Positions 1-11,995 are shown, counted from the stretch's first letter. The stretch: DNA of 46,000 bases from Penicillus capitatus (GCA_965649825.1 OZ287721.1:1-46000), one strand, 5' to 3'. Made by a program: numbers and translations. The notes: a model not told the origin generated them from the sequence alone.

Positions 1-343
1 ACGACTTCCAGAATTTAAATTCTGGTATGGAATAATGAAAGAGATGAACGTGATGGTCGTCTCGGTAGGTATGCCTGTTTGAAATCGATCCTGATTGGCA
101 TGACGATGACGTTCTTTCCCGTATTCGATGTCCCTGTCTTCTGGCCCATTCTCTTGATCTACTGGTTGGTCTTATTCACGGTGACCATGAAACGACAGAT
201 CCGAAATATGATAAAGTACAGATACCTTCCCTTTACATGGGGTAAGAAGGTAAGTTTATTTTCTGCCTTTCCTGTCACATGGTTGATGTGGCGGTGCTAT
301 GCAGAAGTACAAACAAGCCGGAACGTCTGAAGCATCGAAGTAG
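1..343 (+). CDS. RER1: RER1 ER-retrieval protein, 3' part (5'-truncated by the window); introns 25-68 and 250-304
   Basis: Spliced translation RLPEFKFW|[60 protein letters not shown]|[12 protein letters not shown] carries the Rer1 signatures [17 protein letters not shown] and MKRQI..MIKYRY; GT-AG introns of 44 and 55 nt restore the frame. Confidence 0.93.
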
Positions 344-408
344 AGAAAGCTTATGCAAAGGCATCGAAGTTTAGGACTTCATGTTTGTTATTTTCTTTGA
401 TGACGATG

Positions 409-1380
409 TTAAAAACAAGAGCCACGATCAGCGGTAGAACGTGAGCTGTCCGTTTCGGGGGCGATATGTTTCATCAAGCATACAGTCCTGTCGCGCGCGA
501 TAGGATGGAGGGGTAGACACTGCGATGGCTTTGATCTCTGTCGAGGAAGATCCATTCGTCGTCTCTTCATCTTAGCGGATGCACAGATTTCCATCCACAA
601 GCCTTTCAGATCCGTACCGTTTGCCCAAAAGCATTTCTGGTAGAAGTGGTCGGGAGATATTGGATCTCCTCCCAGGTAAGATCTGGCGTTTTGTAAGTCT
701 CCAGCTTCTTTGCGCTTTCATGCTCCAGTGTCCACAGAAATTCGGCATCCTGGCTCGATCAGAGATGAGTGGCTGCCATGCAATGGGTCGATGGTTTGTA
801 CTTGTGCCCGACCAGCCCGTTTTGCTTTCTGAAGCATATCCAGGTCTGTGGCGTCCATGCAGAGCAATTTTTCCGTGACAGCTTTTGACAGACATCCGCA
901 TGCTGTCTGAATTCTCTCCGCCATCCATTCATAATACCCGTAGTAAGACAAGAAGACAGAAGTAGCTAAGGTGGCAGGGATCTCTGCTACTTTGGGAGTT
1001 CCTGCAGGAACAATGGTTTTTTCTGTTACTTCCGAAATCCCAGTCACTCTTTCAATATCGATGTCCGTACGTGGTGAAATGCTGAACGAGCGCCTTCGGG
1101 TAATCGACTCAGAATGCACTCGAACTGGATGTCGATGTCATCGTCGTCCTCGGCACACCGATCTTTTTTGCCTGGAATCCGAGCATCTTCTCTATTCTTC
1201 TGAAAAAGGCTTACCGCGCTCAAATAGATCGCTGTTTGGATGTTGTCGCCGCCATGTTCCGACGGCGGAATGCGGCGCAGATACCGCACGCCCATCACGA
1301 AGCGCATACAGACCACGCCTCGTCCTCCGCATTGCGTTGAATCCAATGCGCACTACGTGCCGTCGGCGGTGCCTCGTCAT
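409..1380 (-). CDS. Hypothetical multi-exon protein (boundaries uncertain)
   Basis: Overlapping minus-strand ORF pieces (1192-1380, 1044-1346, 718-1119) with plausible short GT-AG introns; no recognisable motif and exon chain not fully resolved. Confidence 0.35.
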
Positions 1381-1422
1381 CGATCCAGCGCGGCGTCATG
1401 TGTAAGGAAAACGAATCGTCGT

Positions 1423-1427
1423 TTACA
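1423..1427 (-). promoter_or_regulatory. TGTAA candidate poly(A) signal for the L4 gene
   Basis: TGTAA on the minus strand ~35 nt after the L4 stop; UGUAA is the established chlorophyte near-upstream poly(A) element. Confidence 0.5.
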
Positions 1428-1461
1428 GAAAGCGCTCTTCCATTGCAAGCAAGAGATCACT

Positions 1462-2594
1462 CTACCGTCGAACAGGCGATCTCATGAAAGCCGTCACGTC
1501 ATGCACAGCTCCTTCCGTCATGACGACGATATCATGCTTCAATAGATCATAGACATTCGTTCTACGAGACGTAAAGATCTTCACTTTCTGAATATTACGA
1601 CTCGCCAATCGAACGCGTTTCCTACAGAGACGTTGACATGCGAAGAAGTGAGATGCCAACAGGATCGCACCCATCCACTCTTTCCTCTGCACTGTCGATC
1701 AGCAACACTGAGATCCTCGGTGCTCCTTCCAACAGCTTCAACAGTTTTTGATAGAACGGTTTCTGACAGACCATACACTCTTAGTCACATATGATCGATC
1801 TTTAGAGGGCACTACTGTTCGGTGCTCCTCTGCCTCCAAGGCCTTAACAACCATTAAACGATTTTCCACGGCTTTGGCCTGAAATGCGATGTGAGTTGTT
1901 TAACAGCAGAAGGCAATGGTCAGAGCTGCACCGAAAGGGCACACTTTAATCCCAGCCGCCTGAATTTTTTGTTGAGTTTGTGTGCATGAGATCGCGGGAC
2001 TGGACCATGCGCTTTGCCGCCGCCTCGCCATTGCGGCGCTCGGATGCTTCCTTGTCGTGCTTTGCCGGTCCCTTTCTGCCTCCACGGTTTTCGTCCTCCT
2101 CCTCGGACCTCGGCTCTCGTCTTGGCCTTATGCGTTCCTTGTTGCCTCTTGGCTAGGTGCCAACGAACCACCCGGTGCAGAATGTCTCTCCGCACAGGGA
2201 CATTAAAAACATCGCCTGGCAATTCGATCGTCCCCAACTGCACACCCACATGATCTCACGCATCTCTCATCTGGACGCATGACCCCTGACCTGCTCGCGT
2301 GCAAAATTCAGCACCGGAAAGATGACAGAGCTCTTATCCCCTATGCAGCGTGATGGGCATCCGAGGCTTGACGAGGACGGTACCTTGGATGGCATCCTTA
2401 GGCCAGCCCTCATAAAACCAGCTCAAGGCTGCTCGAGTTCTCGGTGCAATCAGTTGAATGTATGTCTTCTCTTCGGTAGACCGTGTCGTCTCCTGATTAG
2501 GAACGGCGCTCGCTGTTTGCGTTTCTCTCGCGTTCCGTGCGATCCAAGAGCCTCTCCTCAGGGAAGGCAGCTGCGCAAGGCAGCGACGTAACAT
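1462..2594 (-). CDS. rplD: Mitochondrial 50S ribosomal protein L4 (uL4m), multi-exon
   Basis: [59 protein letters not shown] and C-terminal [14 protein letters not shown]; N-terminus [17 protein letters not shown] resembles a mitochondrial presequence. Confidence 0.92.
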
Positions 2595-2604
2595 CGCATC
2601 GACA

Positions 2605-4206
2605 ATGGCGTTTTCTGCATTCGTATGGCGTCACTGCAGATCGCGTCTCGTCGGATGGGTCGCCACCGCCACTTCCTCCTGCACACGACACCCAGTCTCC
2701 GTCGACCGGCCGCCATTGTGGTGTCCTGCCGCTTTGATCTCCACCGATGAGCTAGCTTCGTTTCAAATCGACGCCCGACTCGTGAAACGTTTCCAGGTGC
2801 TCTCGAACGTGAGCAGTTTTTCCGAGACCAAGTTGGAAAAGGCAATTCTGGATCTGAAACAGAACGCCGCAGCATTGAGCCCGCGTTCGATCGCACAACT
2901 GATGCATATGTGCAAAAGCAATAAGACGTCTTTCCCAGCATCCATATCCTCGTCGCTCATCCAAGCAGTAAAGAAGAAACGCAAGAAGGAGAAAATTGGA
3001 GACATCGAGACGGCGACGATCGTGCATTCCTCAGCATGTCTCACACGGTCCTTAAAGATGACGTCCTTTGAGCGATCGACCATGGCCGATGTCTCTTTGC
3101 TTCTCACCGAAGATCTGATCGACTCTCAGAGCCTCCAGCACGTGACCGATCGCATCCTGGCAAACGTGATGTATGGACTGGGAGTCATGTTCAAAGCTGA
3201 AGACGATGTCTGCGAGCGAGATCCTCGACTGAAGAAATGCATCGTTGCTCTGTCGAAAGAGATCACCCGGGAACATCATCTCGTTGCCTTTTCCCAACAA
3301 GGACTGGCTAATATCGTCTACGCCTATGGCTGCCTCAAATTCAAATCGGAGTTCGTTTTGTTGCGCCTCAGCCGTGAGATCATTAACAGAATCAGTGGCT
3401 TCCAGAGTTCAGAGATCGCTTACATGATCTTGGCTCTCAGCAAGCTGAACTATTTTCAGGAGGATCTCATTGTGACGCTGGGCATCGAGGCCGTCAGTAA
3501 TCATCATATGCAACGGTTTACCCAACAGGATGTGTGCCATATCATCTTGGGAATGCAGACCATGGCGGCTGGATTGCTTTCGGATGCGAAGGTCCGTCCC
3601 ATTCTGCAGAAACTCTACCGTGAGGCATCGAGTACCCAACGTCTCGCCAAATTCAATCTCCATGACGCCAGCACTTTGTTGCATTGTGTTGTCGTTCAGA
3701 AAAGAAACAAGGATCTATTGCCCGCCGGGGAGGTGCTCGTACAACGTCTCATGGAGAGAGTGCTGATTTATATGGGCAGAAAGCCACAGCTGACCAAGAA
3801 TCTGTCCATGATCCTGTACAACTGTGCTAAGCTGAAGCTAAAGAACGACATTTTTCTGAAGAGAATGACATCGTCTATCGTGAAGAACTGTCAGGCGCTC
3901 GTTTCTCCGTGGAATATCACCTTACTCCTTTGGTCACTCGCAGAGCTCGATACCCTGCCTTCAGATGTCTTTCTGTCCCTCTGTCGTCGTCTCTGCGATC
4001 TGAGACAAGAAGGCGCTACATTGGCAGACCGCAACTGGGTGCAGCTAACGAGGGCAGCACAGTTTATGGAGGAATCTCGTGAGGCGGCGCATCTGGAGCC
4101 CCGTATCAAGGATCTCCTCGAAGAGGCTCTGTGCTTTGCGAAATCTTCAAACCTTGAATTTACACTTCCACAAAACTTTCGCGAAGATTATCAACAAACG
4201 GTTTAA
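2605..4206 (+). CDS. Intronless helical-repeat organellar RNA-binding protein (OPR/FAST-like), 533 aa
   Basis: Degenerate ~38-aa repeats (FSQQGLANIVYAYGCLK, FQSSEIAYMILALSKLNY, FTQQDVCHIILGMQTM, SPWNITLLLWSLAELD) resemble octotricopeptide/DUF1601-type repeats; Arg/Ser/Ala-rich N-terminus looks like an organelle presequence. Confidence 0.68.
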   Translation: MAFSAFVWRHCRSRLVGWVATATSSCTRHPVSVDRPPLWCPAALISTDELASFQIDARLVKRFQVLSNVSSFSETKLEKAILDLKQNAAALSPRSIAQLMHMCKSNKTSFPASISSSLIQAVKKKRKKEKIGDIETATIVHSSACLTRSLKMTSFERSTMADVSLLLTEDLIDSQSLQHVTDRILANVMYGLGVMFKAEDDVCERDPRLKKCIVALSKEITREHHLVAFSQQGLANIVYAYGCLKFKSEFVLLRLSREIINRISGFQSSEIAYMILALSKLNYFQEDLIVTLGIEAVSNHHMQRFTQQDVCHIILGMQTMAAGLLSDAKVRPILQKLYREASSTQRLAKFNLHDASTLLHCVVVQKRNKDLLPAGEVLVQRLMERVLIYMGRKPQLTKNLSMILYNCAKLKLKNDIFLKRMTSSIVKNCQALVSPWNITLLLWSLAELDTLPSDVFLSLCRRLCDLRQEGATLADRNWVQLTRAAQFMEESREAAHLEPRIKDLLEEALCFAKSSNLEFTLPQNFREDYQQTV

Positions 4207-4230
4207 CATGGAGTCCCCAACATCGTGTTC

Positions 4231-6370
4231 TCAACGACGCGCCATTCGCATTTCAGCTCCAGCATCGTGCGGCTCTTTGGTACGCCATCGTGGATAGACA
4301 TAGACAGAGAACAGGATGATGGCGGATGCGGCGCCGCCGGCAATGAGCAGTCTTTTCGTCCAGAGCCTTCGCATGCGTTGAGATTTCCTGGCCGGTGTTT
4401 CCGGAATGCTGTCGATTGTTGGTTTGATAGCTGTCTGGACCAATGTTCGGTAGACATCGTTCAGCTCTCCCTTCTCGACCGAAATCCGCACAGGTGTTTT
4501 CATTTTTAGCTCGGCACAGAGTTCACGCACATCGTCTTCCAGTCCCTGAGCCGGCGGCAGATCGGATTTCGTGCAGAGCAGGAGACAAGGCAAATAATCA
4601 CCCCCCGCTTCGGACACTTTCAGCATCAGGTTTCTGGCTTCCACGAAAGAACGGCGATCATTTGCGGCGTAGAGAAACACGGCGACGTCCATCTGTTCAA
4701 AGGGAGAGGGCACTGACATCTCCTCTGCTTTGGCAATGAGTGATCGAGCCTTCTCTGGAGACACCTCCATCAGCATGAGTGTTTTCTGAGTTTGCGTCAG
4801 GGTAACCATCTCTGCAGCCACGTACTCTTCTTTCTTGTCATCTTTTCCATTCCTCTCGCTGTTCTGCATTTCCCACGGGCCGACCAAAGCTCGAAGAAAA
4901 GACGTTTTGCCGCTGCCTTCCTCTCCAAACACCCAGCACTGTACAACAGAACGAGAGGACTGCTCTCTGCGTTCCTGTTTGCGATGCTTGCTCAGCGTGA
5001 ACATAGAAGAGACCATCTCATTGCTCCATCCCATATAGAGCAGCTGCTTTAGGCAGATCTTCGGGTCCTTCAGCATAGCATAGTGCCACTTGGAAAGAAA
5101 TCCTTGCAGTGTCATGTGGCCAACGGGCGCCACCGAAACAAAGAGTGTCTCCCAGAGACTGCCAGTCCACATCCGCTCTGGCGATGTCTCTTCCATCTGG
5201 GCATGGATCTTGGCCTCCTGCACCGTCTTCGAATCGTTCTCGTCCAACTTCAGAAACCAATCCTTCAAAAACTCAATCGCTTTCTCAGACAACTGCAAGA
5301 CCTGCAATGGAACAGCTCTTTCCTTGGCACTCTTATGTAGAGGAGGTAGACTTGATCTGGAGCATGATCAAAGGGAACGGCATCGAGGAGCTCGTCGGAG
5401 AGCGTCAGTTCATTGGTGTAGCCAAATTTTCGGAGCACTGTCCATGTCGTCTCGTATCGACCTCTCTCCATAAACAGTGCATGTAGAAAAAGGAATCCGG
5501 ATGCCGTCAATCCTGCCCCGTGCACACCGGACGGCAGTTTCTCCTTGACGGTATCCACAACGCCGATCAGTTCGTCCGGTTGAAGCGGCGAATCAAAACA
5601 TTTTACCTGTCACATCACTGTCTCACACTTCTCACTTTTGCTCAAAAGGATCAGACTTGGAATTCATTCAATTCATCTTCGTCTAGTCGACTATCGCGAT
5701 CTCGATCGCACAGCAAAAAGATCCGCCGCAGTGCCTGAGAGCATCGAGGCTTCAGTCTTTGATTGATGGTATCGTACAGCGGAAACTGTGGATGACAGAC
5801 AGCTTTGAGAGCAAAATGAAAGACTTCTTGGACATATTGCATATTTCTGGCAGAACATTCGATCGCCGTCTCCACTTCTCGGTACTCCTTCAAGAGCTCC
5901 TCCAAAAACCGTCTCTGCGTCTCGAACGCTGCCTCATCTGGAGCCAGATCCATTCGGCAGCCGCAAACCACAATGGGCAGATTGGATTTTAGACGGCGGA
6001 GTTCTGGAAGCCAGTACGTACGAACATGTCGAATGGAATCCGCCATATCCACGGCGTAACAGAGGAGCACGACATCGGCTCCTTCGACCAAGGCATCGAT
6101 GCTTTGTCGATTCTCGCTACGGGACGACGTGTCGATCGCCAGCAATGGAATGTTCTCGAAGGTGGGAGGAAGGCGTGTGGGAGGGAGACAGGCAGGAGGT
6201 GAGGGGTCAAAGGATTCAGTTGCGGCGATAATGAGAGATGTCTTGCCAACACCGGGATCCCCAAGCACAACGACACGCGCCGTTTCGTCCAAGAGTTTAG
6301 CTAAACTCACAGGACCGTCATATCATCCTTACGAGTGATGCACAGTACCTTGACGCCGTTCGTTTTCCAT
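4231..6370 (-). CDS. MIRO: Mitochondrial Rho GTPase (MIRO), multi-exon; first intron 6301-6348
   Basis: N-terminal GTPase (VVVLGDPGVGKTSLI, ECSA, KAVCHP.FPLYD), EF-hand region (LCDRDRDSRLDEDELNEFQ; GLTASGFLFLHALFMERGRYETTWTVLRKFGY), second GTPase (GEEGSGKTS) and C-terminal TM anchor. ATG at 6370 is recovered by splicing MENERRQ|AKLLDE. Confidence 0.95.
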
Positions 6371-6457
6371 GACGCGCGAGGAGGAGGACGGGAACGACGA
6401 TGTTTGCTAGTTAAAGAAACGTCTTGTCATTTGAATGATGTGACAGGACATGGCTCG

Positions 6458-8355
6458 CTATACGATAGGCTGTTTAATGATGATCACTTTGCCTTGGTTA
6501 TCGACAAAGACGATATCTGCAGTGCTGGATCCGTGAAGAGGCGGCGGAGGTGGAAGAGAAGAGGCAATAGGATAGACTCCTGGACTTCCACCTTTCACCA
6601 CAATCGGCGGCCGGATGTAATTGGTCGAGGTATAATGGGCAGGGGGTTGGGCTGGAATGCCTAATAGTGGCAGTTCGCTATCGGAATAGAACGGTGGACC
6701 AGTAGGAAGACCGCCGAAGCATTGGGGATCGACATAGTGTGGATGGACGGTCAGTGCTGGCTGCAGTCCTTGTTCCGCAAGGCCATGGTGATACTCGGTA
6801 AGCGGTGGCGGCGGAGGTGGCGGCGGAAACGGAGCATGCAAGACGCTCTGCAATGGGTGAGGCATACCCTCAGGGATGCCTACACTTGAGAAGCTATGGA
6901 GGAAGTAGCAGATGGGGAGTTAGTTACCAGGAGGTGGGGGCGGTGGGATTAACAACGGGATTCGAGGGGGTGGTGGTTGTGAGGGTGGCAATGGTTTTTC
7001 TTCAACGATCTCGCCTTCCTCAATCTCTTCTTCTTCGTTTGCCATCGTCACTTCCGGACATAAGGCAGAAGCGACAGGAAAATGTCCAATCATCTTGGGA
7101 GGAGGTGTATATTGATGAGGTGGGATTTTGACAACGGAATGAAGATTTGGTGGCGGCGGCGCCACATGTTTTTTCTGTTCGATCACTTCTCCATCTTCCA
7201 AGACCTCACGGGCGGTGCCGCTCTCGGAATCCGTTTCAATCTAGAACAAGCGAAACACGGTGTCAAATACCAGTCAGTCATGGAGGAGTCTCTGTCGGTG
7301 GAGATGTATGGAGACAGACGCACAGAGAGTGAACATTGTGTTCAGAAATAAACGAAACTATTCATTACAGTTGAGCTCGACAAGGGCGTTTCTTTCGATA
7401 GAGCTTTATTTCTTTAGTGAACGGACCTTGACGGTGGGTATCCCATTTTCTCTGGCAGATCTGTCTTTCCCCTTCTTCTCTGTCTCCAATCCTACGCCCT
7501 TCTCCATTCTGAGTCTCTTGTGCATGGCCGCTCCTCCATTTCCAGGCAGCGATGAATTCGACGGTCGTTTGGGACCTTCGGCCATCGATCGCCCTTCGCG
7601 GCGGCGTATCGGTCGATGATCGGCAGGAGATGTTCGATCGAGACGATGTCCCCCCTGCTGACTCCTCTTACAGTTTTTCATTTGATGGTGATAGCTGCCG
7701 CAGCCGAAGCACTGCTGATTCATGACCGGCCGCTTTTCGGGACGAGACGTGCCAACCGTCGGCAGCTGTGCACAGGTGCGCTGATACAATGGAATGTCAA
7801 ACATCTGCCGTCACATCAATTGATATCACCCTTTCAGCAGCAACAGATCTCACGTTTTGCACGGACGCGTTGAACAGATGCGGCAGTTTCCATTGCCGAT
7901 CGTCCAAAACATTTTTCCGCGGGGCAACGTAGACAATACGTGGATGTTCGGAGTCGCTCCGTTCATAGCGATACTTTCCACTGACCAGTACTTCTGTACC
8001 CTGTCACATCAGTCACACATCACACCTATCATCATTCTGCATCTCAACAACAGACCTGTCCCATACCAGTCGTCTTTCCAAACGGGGCATGCGTCTCAGC
8101 CCATCGGACGAAGGCCTCTTTTATCCTTCGACAGGATTCCCTGCACAGAGGTCCGAGGGTGACGAAGTGGATCTCGTGGGGAGAGAGTGACTTAGTTAAG
8201 TTAGCGAAGGTGATTTCGACGGAAGGCGGTTCGAGTGTCCGGGCCGGTTCCGTCACGGTGACCTCTTCACGCGACGGCGTCGGGACAAATGGCGGCACCG
8301 TCACCACTTCGTCGCTCACATCGTCGTCGTCGTCCGAAATCACAATCTGTTCCAT
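6458..8355 (-). CDS. Zinc-knuckle (CCHC) protein with Pro-rich C-terminus, ZCCHC8-like N-terminal half
   Basis: FDIPLYQR followed by CFGCGSYHHQMKNC (CX2CX4HX4C) resembles plant ZCCHC8; ORF pieces 8044-8355, ~7860-8000, 7406-7804, 6920-7230 and 6458-6865 can be joined by GT-AG introns. Confidence 0.6.
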
Positions 8356-8425
8356 ATCGCTCGTGTATGTATGTACGTTCGCTCGCATTGGACAGGCGCG
8401 TTCGTGTGCCTTCGATTTGACCAAG

Positions 8426-11400
8426 ATGTCGGACGGCGAGTACATTCCCGAAGAGGACTTTGAAGAAGTGAATAAAGAAGGAACGCTGTCAGAAGATGAC
8501 GACGAAGGAACGGTGTCCTACGCGACCCGCGAAGAGGACGCGATGGAAGAGGTAAAAAATGGTATCGAGAGAAGAGACGGAGCGTCGCAGCTGTGCAGGA
8601 CGAAATCGTGTCGCCGAGTCGAAAAGAGGTGGCAAAGAAAGAGAAGCAGCGCCTACGCGAGATCGAACGCCTGCGTAAGGAGAGACTGGAATCGCTGCGC
8701 AAGGAACAGAATTCGACGACTCAGAGGGGCCAGGTGGAAGATGTTATGCTCAATATGTGTGAGAAAGAGTGAGAGATAGGTCTCACGAGATAATAATCGT
8801 TTTAAGTACCTCGTCCAGCAAGCCGAGATCTTTCAACACTTTGTCCCAAGCGTGACCCGACCTGAACGTCCCAAGAAGTATGCTAACCGTCATCCGTCAC
8901 ATCAAATGGAGATGTTCTGTGGCCAGGACGCATGGAAGATTGGAAGGGAAGTTCACGGAGGACATGGAAGACAATATCCTGCTGCAAGATGAAGAGGAGG
9001 ATGGCGAGGCGGCTGGACATCGATTGGGTGTACAACCGTCGTGCATCGTGGGTGGCAAGATGCGCGATTATCAGATGCAAGGACTCAATTGGCTCATCCA
9101 TCTCTATGACAATGGCATTAACGGTATCCTGGCGGATGAAATGGTCAGCCTGTATGTACGTCGAAAAGTGTGAGACAAAGAGTGAGTAGGGTTTGGGGAA
9201 GACGCTGCAAACGATTGCGTTGTTGGGATACCTGCACGAATTCAGAGGCATCCGTGGGCCGCATCTCATCATTGTCCCCAAGTCAACGTTGCACAACTGG
9301 ATGAACGAGTTCAGAAACTGGTGCCCATCGTTGCGTCCTGTCAAATTTCATGGCAATGAAGAAGAGCGGGTAGCCTCGTGCCCTTCCCGACGCACTCTGT
9401 CCATTCTCGGCGTTCGTCTAGACACGTCAATTCCGTGAAGATGTGGTGCCTGGGAGATTTGACGTTTGTGTGACGTCCTATGAGATGGTCATCAAAGAGA
9501 AAACGAATTTCAAAAAGTTCCACTGGCGATATGTCGTCATCGACGAGGCGCACAGAATCAAAAACGAGAATTCTCTCCTAGCCAAAGTGATCGATCTCAC
9601 TCTGCATCACTCTTTTGAGCCGCCTGTGTTTGTGGTATAGGTCGTTCGGACGTTGCGGACAAACTATCGTTTGCTCATCACTGGGACGCCACTACAGAAC
9701 AATCTCCACGAACTGTGGGCTCTACTGAACTTCCTTCTGCCAGAGGTCTTTTCTTCCAGCGAGAAATTTGAAGAATGGTTTGCGCTGGGAGAAGGAGGTA
9801 AGGAGAAAGAGGCCGAAGTGGTCCAGCAATTGCACAAAGTCCTGCGTCCTTTTCTTCTCCGTCGCGTCAAGAGTGACGTCGAACGCGGTCTGCCGTCGAA
9901 GAAAGAGACGATCTTAAAGATCGGGATGTCCGAAATGCAACGCAAGTACTATGCAGCTCTGCTTCAGAAGGATATCGAAGCCATCGGTGGCGGCGCTGAA
10001 CGATCACGTCTTCTCAACATCGTCATGCAACTACGCAAGTGCTGCAATCATCCATACCTCTTTCAAGGCGCCGAACCCGGTCCTCCTTACACCACAGGCA
10101 ACGTCCTCCGCACGACGGCCTTCGAGATGAAGGGATGCTGTGTTGTGCAGGGGAGCATCTGATCGAGACATCTGGCAAGATGGTGTTGATCGATAAGCTC
10201 CTTCCTAAGCTTCAGGAACGCGGTTCCCGTGTGCTGATCTTCTCCCAGATGACGCGTTTGCTCGACATCTTGGAAGATTACTGCCTCTATCGCGATTTCA
10301 GGTACTGCAGGATCGATGGAAATACGTCTGGCGACGATCGTGAGTATGCCATTGATGAGTTCAACCGTGAAGGATCGGAGACGTTCATTTTCTTGCTGTC
10401 GACACGTGCTGGAGGTCTCGGAATTAACTTAGCCACAGCTGACATTGTGATTCTCTTTGACAGTGACTGGAACCCGCAAATGGATTTGCAGGCGATGGAT
10501 CGTGCGCATCGCATCGGCCAGACGAAAGAAGTCCAAGTCTTCCGTCTGTGCATCGAAAACTCGATCGAAGAGAAAGTCATCGAAAAAGCCTACAAGAAAC
10601 TCAGACTCGATGCCATGGTCATTCAACAAGGGCGTTTGACAGAGAACAGAAATACGAAGGTGAATAAAGATGACTTGCTTAATATGGTGCGGTACGGTGC
10701 CGAGCTGGTTTTCTCTTCTGGCGCCGGCAACATCACCGAAGCCGATATCGATTCGATCATCCAGAAGGGAGAGAAAGATACAAAGGAGTTGAACGACAAG
10801 ATGCAGCAGTTTACGGAGAACGCTGTGAAGTTTACGCTGGATGGTGGATTTTCCCTCTACGATTACAAGGAAGAAGACAATTTGCCGCCGCCGCCAGGAA
10901 TGGGCCTGAAGGCCATCATCAGCAATAACTGGGTCGATCCACCGAAACGCGAGAGACGACGCGTTCTCAATTACTCAGAGACAGAATATTACAAACAGGC
11001 TTTGAAGACAGGCAAGACAGAAAGAGTCTCTGGACCACGTTTGCCCAAGATGCCACATCTCCAAGACTTTCAGTTCTTTGATATCCAGCGCCTGACGGAG
11101 CTCTTTGAGAAAGAGAACAATTATGAGCTGTGGAAACATCAGCAGTCGGTCAAAGAAGATGCGACTAAATCTCAAGGCACATCAGAAGATGGCAATTCTG
11201 TAAAGCTCGAGCCGGGAGAGGACGAACCGCAGCCCCTGACAGAAGAGGAGACGCAGGAGAAGACGAGTCTCTTGGCAGAGGGCTTCTCCAACTGGAATCG
11301 ACGCGATTTCAATGCTTTTGTACGTGCCTGTGAGAAATGGGGCCGACATGATTTGTCCAAGATCTGTCTGGAAGTGGAAGGCAAGACAGAGGATGAAGTC

Positions 11401-11964
11401 AAGAACTACTCCCACGTTTTTTGGGAGCGTTACCAGGAGCTGAATGACTGGGAACGTATTCTCAAGAACATCGAAAAGGGAGAACAGAAAATTCAACGTC
11501 ATCAAGACATTGCGAGCGCCCTGCACACCAAAGTCAGTCGCTATCGTAACCCTTGGAACGAACTCAAGGTTTGGCACACCATTCCGTACGCGTCCTTCAG
11601 ACGATGGGTGTTTTAGATACACTATGGAGCGAACAAGGGCAAGGCCTATACAGAAGAGGAGGATCGCTTTATTGTGTGTATGACGAATAGCATTGGCTAC
11701 GGCAATTGGGATCAGCTAAAGACTGAGATACGAAAGAGCTGGAGATTTCGTTTTGATTGGTTCATCAAGAGCCGTACACCGCAAGAGCTGTCTAGAAGAT
11801 GCGATACGTTGATCCGTTTGATCGAGAAAGAGAACGAAGAGATCGAGATCGATGAAAAGGCAAAACGCGTCAGCAAGCGAACGGCACCGGCAAAGAGCGG
11901 CGAGAGTGGTAATCTGGGCAAGAAGAGAAGGACGACGACAACACCAGCAGGCAACGGCACCTGA
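8426..11964 (+). CDS. ISWI: ISWI chromatin-remodelling ATPase (CHR11/CHR17, SMARCA5 type), multi-exon
   Basis: SNF2 motifs NGILADEM|[84 protein letters not shown]; HAND-SANT-SLIDE tail ([29 protein letters not shown]). Confidence 0.97.
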
Positions 11965-11995
11965 GAAAGCCATTCTTTTCGTCTGGCTAAGATGA

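Noticed and set aside
6458-7200. Poly-Pro and (GGC/GGT)n runs as DNA repeats
   Set aside because: Explained by low-complexity coding sequence of the ZCCHC8-like C-terminus.
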